Shown here: positions 48,110-56,797 of the stretch, one piece after another
How positions within the stretch are numbered: the stretch's first letter is position 1
Layout: each line of letters begins with the position of its first letter
NCBI GenBank assembly: GCA_965277805.1
Contig: OZ255842.1
Location: forward strand, 3,296,001 to 3,360,000
DNA: 64,000 nucleotides
Direction of reading: 5' to 3'
Source of the DNA: Candidatus Lustribacter sp.
GTDB lineage: Bacteria > Vulcanimicrobiota > Vulcanimicrobiia > Vulcanimicrobiales > Vulcanimicrobiaceae
Made by a program: the position numbers and the translations under genes
Notes under the pieces: model-generated
Seen by the model: only the letters and a program-made list of their open reading frames with translations
Told to the model about the DNA's origin: nothing
Databases searched by the model: none

Positions 48110-49398
48110 GCGCGATCGCCAAATCACCGGCGAAATGGTGGCCGGCCGCAGCCGCGGTCATCGCGGGCATCCTCATCCGCGTTGCGCTGCTTCCCGGCAA
48201 AGGTTTTCCCGACGATATCTCGGCGTTCGAACAGTGGGCGCTTGCCCTTGGTACGACCGGAACGGCGGGTTTCTATGCCGACACGAGCGGCTTGCGCTAC
48301 CCGGTGCTGGACTACCCGCCCGGATACATGTACGTTCTGCTGCTCGTCGGAAAGCTGTACACGCAGCTGTGCCACTGCAGCACGGATGACGGGCTGCTGC
48401 TGAAAATCCTCGAGAAACTGCCGGCCGTTCTGGCCGACTTCGGCGTCGCGTTCGCGACCTATGGCATCGCCCGGACGATCGCCACCGAACGCCGCGCCCG
48501 AGTGGCCGCCGCCGCGGTTTTGGTGCTGCCGCCGCTGTGGATCGTTTCCGCGTACTGGGGACAAGTCGATTCGGTCGCGTGCTTCGCGCTGCTGCTCACC
48601 TTATGGGCTGCCGCCGGCCGGCGCTGGATCGTGATGTGGACGCTCTTTGCCTGCACCGTGCTGATTAAACCGCAAGCTGCGCCGCTGCTGCCGTTACTGC
48701 TCGTGTGGGAATGGCGCGCCGGAGGAACGCCGGCACGGTTCGCGGCCGGTCTCGGATCGGCCGCGATCATCGCCTATCTGAGTACGCTCCCGTTCATGGC
48801 GGACCACGCACCGGTTGCCGCGTTCCGCTGGCTGCTCGAACGATACACCAACGGCATCAGCAAATATCCGTACAACACGACCGGCGGTTTCACGCTTTAC
48901 GGCATCTCGGGAAATTATTATCAAAGCGACGCGCAGACGGTCCTCGGTCTACCGCTGCACACCTGGGGTATAGCGCTCTTTCTCGCCCTGCTGGCCGGCG
49001 TCACCGTGAAGCTGAACGTTCTGCTGCGTGAATCACCGGCGCGCTTACAACTGCTGACTTCCGCCTACGTCGTGCTGGCCGGGTTTTTCGTGTTGAGCAC
49101 GCGCATGCACGAGCGGTACCTGATGCCGGCCCTCGTGGTCGGCGCAATCGTGGCCTGCGCCGACCGGCGGCACGCCTTTACCGTGCTCGCATTTGCGGCG
49201 ACCTTCAGCGTCAACTGCGCCTTCATCCTGAGCGGATTTTACGGCGGCGCGCACCATCCGTTGACGCTGCTGGTGGCACACGTCTGCTCAGCGGTCAACG
49301 TGGCGACGTTCCTCGTTGTCGCCGCCACGTTTTTCGCAACGCGCGCGCCACAACCGGAGGCCCGTCTAACAGGTCCCCTGCGCGCTGCATGGCGCTAG
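48106..49398 (+). CDS. GT-C superfamily membrane glycosyltransferase (mannosyltransferase-like)
   Basis: D...F..W, DYPPGY, KLP...AD, WGQVDS, KPQ and MHERY motifs. Confidence 0.8.
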   Translation: MSAIAKSPAKWWPAAAAVIAGILIRVALLPGKGFPDDISAFEQWALALGTTGTAGFYADTSGLRYPVLDYPPGYMYVLLLVGKLYTQLCHCSTDDGLLLKILEKLPAVLADFGVAFATYGIARTIATERRARVAAAAVLVLPPLWIVSAYWGQVDSVACFALLLTLWAAAGRRWIVMWTLFACTVLIKPQAAPLLPLLLVWEWRAGGTPARFAAGLGSAAIIAYLSTLPFMADHAPVAAFRWLLERYTNGISKYPYNTTGGFTLYGISGNYYQSDAQTVLGLPLHTWGIALFLALLAGVTVKLNVLLRESPARLQLLTSAYVVLAGFFVLSTRMHERYLMPALVVGAIVACADRRHAFTVLAFAATFSVNCAFILSGFYGGAHHPLTLLVAHVCSAVNVATFLVVAATFFATRAPQPEARLTGPLRAAWR

Positions 49399-50649
49399 CC
49401 AGTGAATGTGATCGACGAAATCGACGCCGCTGGGATTCCAGGGGCTTGCACCGACCCAGCGCGTCCCCTGCGCGCTGCCGTACGACTGCACCTTGATCGA
49501 CGACCAGCCTTGCGCGGCCAGCGTTGCGAAAGGGCTGATATAGTTCGGCCCATTGAAGTCATACCACGGTTCTTCGTCTTCGACGCCGGCGCCGGTTCCG
49601 GTAAAGTACGTGCCGCCACCGCCGTTATCGCCCATGTAGCCGCCGTAGACGTTGAGCGCGCAGAGAATTGCCTTCTCCCAGGGGTGCAGCGCAGCGTTTG
49701 CCTGGGTCGTCGAGCACGGGACGTCATACCATTCGCGTCCGCCGAGGGGCGGTCCGACGCCGCTCGTGCACTGCTGCGTCGAGGCGCCGTTTTCCGCCGG
49801 ATACTGCGCACCGATCGCGCATTGGCCGGTGATGATGATCGCATGATTGATCTGACCGGCAATCAACTCCGCCGCCGTTATGATGCCGGCATTGGTGCAG
49901 TAACCGGCCGCGGTCGGACCCGGTCCCGCGCTGAGCCAACCGGAAGCGCTTACGATCGAGCCGCAGTTGGCAGTATTGGACGCAGAAAGCGTTTGCCCCG
50001 ACTGCCAGTTACCGGCGGGCTTCGTTACGCCCCACATGCTGATGTCCGTGCCGTCGGGCTGCACCACGTCCAAATGTGAATCGCTTCCGCCCGCGGGCCG
50101 CGCGACGGCAGGGATGTGAATCGTTGCGGGCATGCCGCCGTTGTCGGGCGCGCCGCAATAGAGCGTGCACTTCACCGAAACGAGCGGGTCGGTAGCCGTT
50201 GCGATGAAACGCGGATGGCCGTAGTCGTAAATGCCGGCCTCGTTGGCCCGGATCGTCTGGGTGTTCAGGCCCCCAGGAAACTGATTTGCAACGATCGCTG
50301 CGCTCGAGGCAAGGTATGTCGGATGCGCTGAGACTTTGTTATTGAAGGGCGAGGTCGACGCGTACGGCGTAAAACTGACCGGGTAGTCCTGCGCGTTTAC
50401 AAAAACGGCCGTGCTAAACGCTGTCGCCGACCCCCCGGTTGCCGTCGCGGCCGGCGCCGGCCCCTGCGTCGGCGTCGCGCCGGCTACCACCGGCGTCGTG
50501 GTTGGTGAATTGGCCGGCGTCGTCACTGGAACCGTACCGCCGGTTGCCGGCAGGGCTTGCGGGGCGCTCGTGCCGCCTCCGCCCCCACCGCACCCGGCAA
50601 GGAGGCAAAGCAGCAAGAGACGACTCGTATGTGCGGGTCCTAAAAGCAT
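49366..50649 (-). CDS. Cys-rich hypothetical lipoprotein (paralog of 42191-43462)
   Basis: Lipobox LLAG-C followed by a Gly run; Thr/Pro-rich linker; domain ending HIHWLAPCSAQGTC; start approximate. Confidence 0.85.
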   Translation of the reverse strand: MLLGPAHTSRLLLLCLLAGCGGGGGGTSAPQALPATGGTVPVTTPANSPTTTPVVAGATPTQGPAPAATATGGSATAFSTAVFVNAQDYPVSFTPYASTSPFNNKVSAHPTYLASSAAIVANQFPGGLNTQTIRANEAGIYDYGHPRFIATATDPLVSVKCTLYCGAPDNGGMPATIHIPAVARPAGGSDSHLDVVQPDGTDISMWGVTKPAGNWQSGQTLSASNTANCGSIVSASGWLSAGPGPTAAGYCTNAGIITAAELIAGQINHAIIITGQCAIGAQYPAENGASTQQCTSGVGPPLGGREWYDVPCSTTQANAALHPWEKAILCALNVYGGYMGDNGGGGTYFTGTGAGVEDEEPWYDFNGPNYISPFATLAAQGWSSIKVQSYGSAQGTRWVGASPWNPSGVDFVDHIHWLAPCSAQGTC

Positions 50650-50822
50650 ACTTGCGCATGGTGCCTGATGCCCCGCCAAAACACCGACAGACAAGCAAGC
50701 AAACTTTACACAACCATTCCCCGAACGGGCCTTGCAATTTCGAAAATGTCCTGCACGCTTGCCTGCACGCTCGAATGGAGAATAAACAAACGAGCCCGGC
50801 CCGTCAATAGTCGCGCCGCGCG

Positions 50823-50836
50823 GGGACTTTTAGCCC
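50823..50836. promoter_or_regulatory. DosR-box-like 14-bp site GGGACTTTTAGCCC
   Basis: In the divergent lipoprotein/GT2 intergenic region, 37 bp upstream of the GT2 start. Confidence 0.5.
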
Positions 50837-50872
50837 TGTAGCAGGCGGGTGGCATTCCTTACACTTTGATCG

Positions 50873-51880
50873 ATGGAGACGGAGAGCGCCCCCGAACTGA
50901 GCATCGTCGTCCCGGTCTTCAACGAAGAAGGGAACGTCGGCGAACTCGTTCGGCGGATCAACGGCATTTTGACCGCCCTGCCGGGACGGCCGGCGTTCGA
51001 GATGTGCTTCGTCAACGACGGGAGCAGTGACGGCACCCTGGCGCAATTGCAGCGCGCAGCGGAAGAGTATCCGGGCGTCGTGATCGTCAATCTCTCGCGC
51101 AACTTCGGGCATCAAATCGCCGCCACCGCCGGCCTCGACATCGCCCGGGGCGATGCGGTCGTCCTCATGGACGGCGACCTGCAAGATCCGCCCGAACTCA
51201 TCGCCCAATTCGTTGCCAAGTGGCGCGAAGGCTACGACGTCGTCTACGCGACTCGGCGCACGCGGCGCGGCGAGAGCGTGTTCAAACTCGTCACGGCGAA
51301 GGTCTTCTACCGCGTCATCAAGGCGATGACCAACGTATCCATACCGGTCGATACGGGCGATTTCCGATTGATGAGCCGCCGCGTCGTCGACGCACTCGGC
51401 CGCACCCGCGAGCGTCACCGCTTCTTACGCGGACTGGTCAGCTGGGTCGGCTACCGTCAAATCGGCATCGAATACGATCGGGCCGAACGCCACTCCGGCC
51501 AAACGAAATATCCGCTTTCCAAGATGCTCAAGTTTGCGATCGACGGGATCACATCGTTTTCACAAATCCCGTTGCGCATATCCACCTATCTTGGGTTCGC
51601 GACGAGCACGTTTGCCTTTCTTTACGCCATCGTCGTGCTCGCCTTGCAGTTCGCTCATCTGAACTTTCCGGGTTACACCTCGACGATGCTGGCCATCCTC
51701 TTCATCGGCGGCATTCAGCTCGTCGGAATCGGCATTTTAGGCGAGTATGTCGGCCGCATTTACGACGAGATCAAAGCGCGTCCGCTCTATCTCATCGCCG
51801 ACCTCCAGCGCTCGCCGGCACGCGTCAACCTCACGGTGCAGACATACGCTCGCGATGCCCGTGAAGTGATGGTGAGTTGA
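50873..51880 (+). CDS. GT2 polyprenol-phosphate glycosyltransferase (GtrB/ArnC-like)
   Basis: VPVFNEE, NDGSSD, LSRNFGHQ, MDGDLQDPP, TGDFRLM, two C-terminal TM helices and GEYVGRIY..K.RP.Y. Confidence 0.93.
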   Translation: METESAPELSIVVPVFNEEGNVGELVRRINGILTALPGRPAFEMCFVNDGSSDGTLAQLQRAAEEYPGVVIVNLSRNFGHQIAATAGLDIARGDAVVLMDGDLQDPPELIAQFVAKWREGYDVVYATRRTRRGESVFKLVTAKVFYRVIKAMTNVSIPVDTGDFRLMSRRVVDALGRTRERHRFLRGLVSWVGYRQIGIEYDRAERHSGQTKYPLSKMLKFAIDGITSFSQIPLRISTYLGFATSTFAFLYAIVVLALQFAHLNFPGYTSTMLAILFIGGIQLVGIGILGEYVGRIYDEIKARPLYLIADLQRSPARVNLTVQTYARDAREVMVS

Positions 51881-53556
51881 CCACTGCGGCGGCGGTCCGG
51901 TTCCGTGGTCTTTCGCGCGACGCCGTCTTAACCAACACCTTCAGGGTGCTCGCACTGGCCGTCATCGTGGCCGGAATCCTGTTGCGTTTTTCGGGCTTGG
52001 AGCGAAAGCTTTACAGTTACGATGAAGCGACGACGTCGCTGCGCGCCGCGGGCTACACGCTCGAAGACTACTACGGCGGCGCCTTCGACGGCCGCGTCGT
52101 GCCGAATTCATCGTTCCTCGCCTATCAGCACGTCACCGGGGCGAAAGACGCTGCCGCTGCCGTCCGTTCGCTGGCAGTCGAAGATCCGCAGCATCCGCCG
52201 CTGTACTATCTCCTCGAGCGTGCTTGGTCGAACGCATTCGGCGATACGGTCGCGCAACGCCGGGCCGTGTCGGCGGTCGCGGGAACGCTGTTGCTCGGTG
52301 CCGTCTTTTGGCTCTGCGTCGAAATTTTCGGATCGGTCGATGCAGGTCTGATCGGCGCAGCGCTGATGGCCGTTTCACCGTTCTTCGTCATCTATTCGCA
52401 GCAAGCGCGGGAGTACGCGCTCTGGGGGCTTTGCATCGCGGTCGCCAGCGCCGTTCTCGTGCGGGCGATGCGCGGCGAAACACTGAGCTGGCTCTGGTAC
52501 GCTGCGGCTGCGGCACTCGGACTGTATACCGATCTGATTTTCGCCTACGTTCTGGCCGGGCACGCGCTCTACGTGGCCGCCGTTGCCGTGCACGAGCGCA
52601 CGGTTCGCCCTGTCGTGCGTTTTGCGATTGCGGCGGCCGCCGCGCTCGCGGCATACGCGCCGTGGTTGCTGGCGGTCTATCGCGGGCGCAACCTGCTCAC
52701 GAACAACGACTATCTCGGCGCGGCGTTGCCGGCGAAGATCTTCGCGCTCAAGTGGATCTTCAATACCGGAGCGGTCTTCTTCGACCTCGACTACCAGCAC
52801 GTCGCCGCGGCGGTGCTGCTCGTGCCGATCTTCGCACTCGTGCTCGCCGCCTTCGTCGCCTTGGCGAAATACGCGCCGGCGCGCATTTGGGTGCCGGTAT
52901 ACGCACTCGGCGCGACGACCGCGCTGGCATTTCTGCTGCCCGATCTCGTGCGGCACGAAAGCCGGTCGACCGTCGCGCGCTACCTCCTGCCGGCGTGGCT
53001 TGCGATCGAATTGGCCGTCGCCTACCTCCTCGCCGGCGGCTTGCAGAACGCGCGGCCGTTTCCGCGGCGGCTGATGTCACTGCTCGCATTCTGCGCGCTC
53101 GCCGTGTGCGGCCTCGCCTCGGTGTCGGCCGACGCGCGCGGAGAGACGAGTTGGGCCGAGGGCAAGAGCATTGCCGGGCTCGGACCGATATCGCGCATCG
53201 TCAACGCTACCGCGCATCCGACGGTGGTCTACATTGCCGATCCCGCGCGATTCGATTTCGCGTCGCTCGCGCTGAGCAACGAACTGCGGCCCGACGCCGG
53301 CGTGCAGCAATTCGTCTTCGGCCGCAGCGGGGCGCGCGTCGCCGGCACGCCGGGTACGTTCGTACTCGACCCGACAGCGCGCGTACGCGAATCGCTCGCG
53401 CAATCCGGCCTCGTTTTACGGCAGGTCTATGCCGACGGCGACACCGGTCCCGCGGCTATTCGCGACCTGCGAGCGCAGACCGCGGTTCTGCGGCGCGATC
53501 AGGGTGAAGACGTCAGTGGCTTATCGCTCTGGAGCGCGGCGCGGAGGGCGCCATGA
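51877..53556 (+). CDS. GT-C (GT39/ArnT/PMT_2-like) membrane glycosyltransferase
   Basis: YSYDE, QHPPLYY and YSQQAREYAL motifs; multi-TM. Confidence 0.85.
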   Translation: MTTAAAVRFRGLSRDAVLTNTFRVLALAVIVAGILLRFSGLERKLYSYDEATTSLRAAGYTLEDYYGGAFDGRVVPNSSFLAYQHVTGAKDAAAAVRSLAVEDPQHPPLYYLLERAWSNAFGDTVAQRRAVSAVAGTLLLGAVFWLCVEIFGSVDAGLIGAALMAVSPFFVIYSQQAREYALWGLCIAVASAVLVRAMRGETLSWLWYAAAAALGLYTDLIFAYVLAGHALYVAAVAVHERTVRPVVRFAIAAAAALAAYAPWLLAVYRGRNLLTNNDYLGAALPAKIFALKWIFNTGAVFFDLDYQHVAAAVLLVPIFALVLAAFVALAKYAPARIWVPVYALGATTALAFLLPDLVRHESRSTVARYLLPAWLAIELAVAYLLAGGLQNARPFPRRLMSLLAFCALAVCGLASVSADARGETSWAEGKSIAGLGPISRIVNATAHPTVVYIADPARFDFASLALSNELRPDAGVQQFVFGRSGARVAGTPGTFVLDPTARVRESLAQSGLVLRQVYADGDTGPAAIRDLRAQTAVLRRDQGEDVSGLSLWSAARRAP

Positions 53557-54383
53557 TCGCCGCACACTCGTTCCTGCCGCTGGTGTCGATCGTCGTTCCG
53601 ACGAAAGACCGGCCCGAAGAGATCGCGCGCATGCTCCGTTCGGTGCGTGCACAGCCGACCCGGCCCCTCGAAGTCATCGTGGTGGACCAATCGGCTCGCG
53701 CCTACGAACTCGAGCCGTTTCCGGAGCTTTTGCACGTGCACGACCCGCGAATCGGCGGCGCCTCGGCGGCACGCAATTACGGCATCGGGATCGCCGCCGG
53801 AGAAGTCATCCTATTTCTCGACGACGACGTCGTGCTCGAATCGGACTGCGTTGGCGAAATCGCGCGCGCGTTCGCGTCACGCCCCGAACTCGTGGGCGCC
53901 CAGTGCGCGATTCACAATCCGTGGGACGACGCGCCGCCCTCGCTCTACGACGTTTCGACGCGCATCTTCGAACACGGCTTCTTCGATTCGCGGCCGAAGA
54001 AGCGTCGCGGCGAGGCGATTCCGCGCTTGATCGACGGTTTGGCCTCGGCCTACCGCTACGATCTGCTGCGTTACGAAAACTTCGATGAAAACTTGCCGGG
54101 ATATAGCCTGGCCGAAGATTGGGATCTCACCAAGCGCGCGGCCCGTCACGGCGCGCTCACGATCGTGCCCGAGGCGCGCGTGCGCCACCTGCACTCATCC
54201 ACCAATCGCCACGATGCGACGGCCTACATGGCGCTGCGCCGCACCAACATTCTCTATCTCTACGAAAAACTCGAGGCGGCGCGCGACCTGCGCAACCGGT
54301 TCTGGAAACAGTGGTGGATCTTCGGCGAAACCTTGCGCGGGCTCAGGCTCGGGCGGAAGCGACGGCAACGTCGTCTTCGCTGA
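53553..54383 (+). CDS. GT2 glycosyltransferase
   Basis: SIVVPT, VVDQS, ARN.G, FLDDD and FDE...Y..AED motifs. Confidence 0.9.
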   Translation: MIAAHSFLPLVSIVVPTKDRPEEIARMLRSVRAQPTRPLEVIVVDQSARAYELEPFPELLHVHDPRIGGASAARNYGIGIAAGEVILFLDDDVVLESDCVGEIARAFASRPELVGAQCAIHNPWDDAPPSLYDVSTRIFEHGFFDSRPKKRRGEAIPRLIDGLASAYRYDLLRYENFDENLPGYSLAEDWDLTKRAARHGALTIVPEARVRHLHSSTNRHDATAYMALRRTNILYLYEKLEAARDLRNRFWKQWWIFGETLRGLRLGRKRRQRRLR

Positions 54384-55599
54384 CGGTCTCCACCCGGCGC
54401 AACACCGGCTCGATCGCGATGCTCCGGTACGCCGCTAACAGCTCCGACCCGATCGAGCGCCAATCGTACTCGGTAACGCGCCGGTTGGCCGCTGACACGA
54501 GCGTATAGCGCGCGCCTTCCGACGACAACAGCCCCGCGAGCGCATCGGCAAAATTAAGCGGTTCGTCGCGGACCATCAACTCGACCCCCGGACTGCACTT
54601 GAGACCGAACGCGCCGGCGGTCGTCGTGAGCACCGGACGCCCCGCAGCCCACGCCTCGAGGATGCGCAGCCGCGTTCCGCTGCTCGCGACGATCGGCGCC
54701 GCAACGACGGTCGCCGCTGCCAGATGTTCGTCCATCGATGCCGGGTTTGCCACCGCCTCGACGTTCGGGTAGCGCTGCAGCTCCGCTTCGAGCGCCGGGC
54801 TCATGCGTCCGGCGACGCGCACGACGACGAACGGAATGATCGCGCGCAGGCGCGGCAAGCCGGTGCGCAAGAACCAGCGCAACCCGAGGACGTTCGGGCG
54901 CCAATCCATGCTGCCGGTGATCAGCACGGTGCACGGGTCGGGCTGAACCGAACGGAGCGGCGCGTAATGCGCGATGTCGACGCCGTTGGCTACGATTGCC
55001 GCTTTCGACCGCACGCCCGGTGCGAAACGCTCGAAGTCGGCCAGATCCCCTTCGGCACACGTCGCGACGAGTGCCGCGCGATCGATCAGCGCCCGTTCTT
55101 GGCTGCGCACCCGCATCGCATCGAACATCAGCGCAACGCGCGCCGCCGGCGATTCGGTGAGCGCGCGCCGGCTCAACAGCGCGGACTCGCAATTGTGAGC
55201 GTTGTAGACGATCGGGATCGCGTCCAGGCGCGGCAATGCGGCCCGCATCGGCAAGTCGGTTTGAATCGCAACATAGGGAAAGCGTCCGAGGCGATTGGCA
55301 ACGTACTCGCGCAGCGCCGGACTCGCCCAGCCGGCGGTGAGCGTCGATTCGCCTGGCAGCACCGCACGCGCGAGACGGCCGAAACCGCCGCGTGAATTCG
55401 TACCGCGCGGGAAGCTCGCGTAATCGTCGACGATGGCGGCGAAATCAGCCGGGATCGCGCCCGGCTCGTCGGCAACGACGAGATCGACCGCATAGCGCTT
55501 CGAGAGCGCATCGATCATCCAGTAGTTGCGCAGCAATGCACCGCCGTTACGCAACCATGGCGCTTGACCGCACAGGAATAAAACTCGGGGCTTAGCCAT
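54343..55599 (-). CDS. GT4 glycosyltransferase
   Basis: NAHNCE, NGVD, GSMDWRPN and GTRLRILEAWAAG motifs; start at MAKPRVLF. Confidence 0.9.
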   Translation of the reverse strand: MAKPRVLFLCGQAPWLRNGGALLRNYWMIDALSKRYAVDLVVADEPGAIPADFAAIVDDYASFPRGTNSRGGFGRLARAVLPGESTLTAGWASPALREYVANRLGRFPYVAIQTDLPMRAALPRLDAIPIVYNAHNCESALLSRRALTESPAARVALMFDAMRVRSQERALIDRAALVATCAEGDLADFERFAPGVRSKAAIVANGVDIAHYAPLRSVQPDPCTVLITGSMDWRPNVLGLRWFLRTGLPRLRAIIPFVVVRVAGRMSPALEAELQRYPNVEAVANPASMDEHLAAATVVAAPIVASSGTRLRILEAWAAGRPVLTTTAGAFGLKCSPGVELMVRDEPLNFADALAGLLSSEGARYTLVSAANRRVTEYDWRSIGSELLAAYRSIAIEPVLRRVETVSEDDVAVASARA

Positions 55600-56686
55600 A
55601 ACGTTCTCCGGGCGCATAGAGTGCGAGATACGATTGGTGCTGACGGCGAATGTGGAAGTCGCGCTCGAAACGCGCTCGAGCTGCGCAACCCAATCGCCGG
55701 CGAAGTTCCGGATCGTGCCGCAGCGTGAGGAGCGCATCGCGCAGCGCGGCCGGCTGCCGCGCCGGCACCAGCAGCGCGCTCTCTCCGTCCGTCACCGCGG
55801 CGCGAGTTGCGCCGACGTCGGTTGCCACGATCGCGCAGCCCGCGCGCATGGCCTCGAGTAATGCGAGGCTCAAGCCCTCCGCGTGGGAGGCCTGAACGTA
55901 GACGTCCAGGCCCGCGAGATAGCCTTCGGACTGCTCGATATAGCCGGCGTAGTGCACGTTGCTGCCGGCAGCCTGTACGCGCGAGGTCAGGGTCCCCGCT
56001 CCGGCCACCGCAAAGACGGTGTCCGGATCGGGAAAGTCCGCGGCAACTGCCAAGAAGTCGAGGATGCCCTTCTCCTCGTTGAGGCGGCCGAGCGTTCCGG
56101 CCACGAAACTGCCGATGCGAACGGCGGGCGCGCGCGTTGCCGCCGCATCGGAATCCGCGACCGCGTTGAGCACGTGCCGGCGCGTTCCGAGCGGTGTAAT
56201 CCGCGGCAGCATGCCGGCGTCGGGTACCGTCGTTACATCGCTGAACATCGCGGTCCAGCGGTCGACCGTATTGTAGAGCCGGAGCTTTGGTCCGGTGTCG
56301 ACCCAACCGTGACACGTGCTGACGATGCGGACGCCGCGGATGCGGCCGGCGAGCCGCGCCGCACGCGCGATGATGTTCGCGCGGTAACCGTGCGAGTGAA
56401 CGACGTCGACGGGCCGGCGCGCGAAGTGTTGACCGAGCTTCGTGATCGCGCTGTCGAAACCGTGCGAGTAGTGATTGCTCAAGCTCGCGACCGGAAATCC
56501 CTCAGCGGCAAGCACCAGTCCGAGCTCGCTCGGAGAGAAGGTGACCAGCGACGGTTCGACGTTTCCGCTTGCACGCTGTTCGCGCATGAGCAACGCGACG
56601 ACACGTTCTTTGCCCCACAAATAACGATTGCCGCCGTTCATTGCATCGACGAGGTGGGCGACGCGAAGCGCCCTCGATTCCGCCAC
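55592..56686 (-). CDS. GT4 glycosyltransferase
   Basis: HSHGYR, TCHGW, GRL..EKG and EGLSLALLEAM..G...VATDVG motifs. Confidence 0.92.
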   Translation of the reverse strand: MAESRALRVAHLVDAMNGGNRYLWGKERVVALLMREQRASGNVEPSLVTFSPSELGLVLAAEGFPVASLSNHYSHGFDSAITKLGQHFARRPVDVVHSHGYRANIIARAARLAGRIRGVRIVSTCHGWVDTGPKLRLYNTVDRWTAMFSDVTTVPDAGMLPRITPLGTRRHVLNAVADSDAAATRAPAVRIGSFVAGTLGRLNEEKGILDFLAVAADFPDPDTVFAVAGAGTLTSRVQAAGSNVHYAGYIEQSEGYLAGLDVYVQASHAEGLSLALLEAMRAGCAIVATDVGATRAAVTDGESALLVPARQPAALRDALLTLRHDPELRRRLGCAARARFERDFHIRRQHQSYLALYAPGERYG

Positions 56687-56744
56687 TCGCTCAGACTAGC
56701 GTAGGCCCCGTCAACGGCCAACGGCCGGAAGATGCAAGAGTACG

Positions 56745-56758
56745 GGGTCTTTCGGCAC
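56745..56758. promoter_or_regulatory. DosR-box-like 14-bp site GGGTCTTTCGGCAC
   Basis: In the divergent GT4/GT2 intergenic region. Confidence 0.45.
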
Positions 56759-56797
56759 TGGAGCGAATTGCTTGCTTCGTGGTCAGATAAGGGGCCG

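Noticed and set aside
50750-50771. Direct repeat CCTGCACGCT x2 in a divergent promoter
   Set aside because: Only two copies and not seen in other promoter regions; could be chance.
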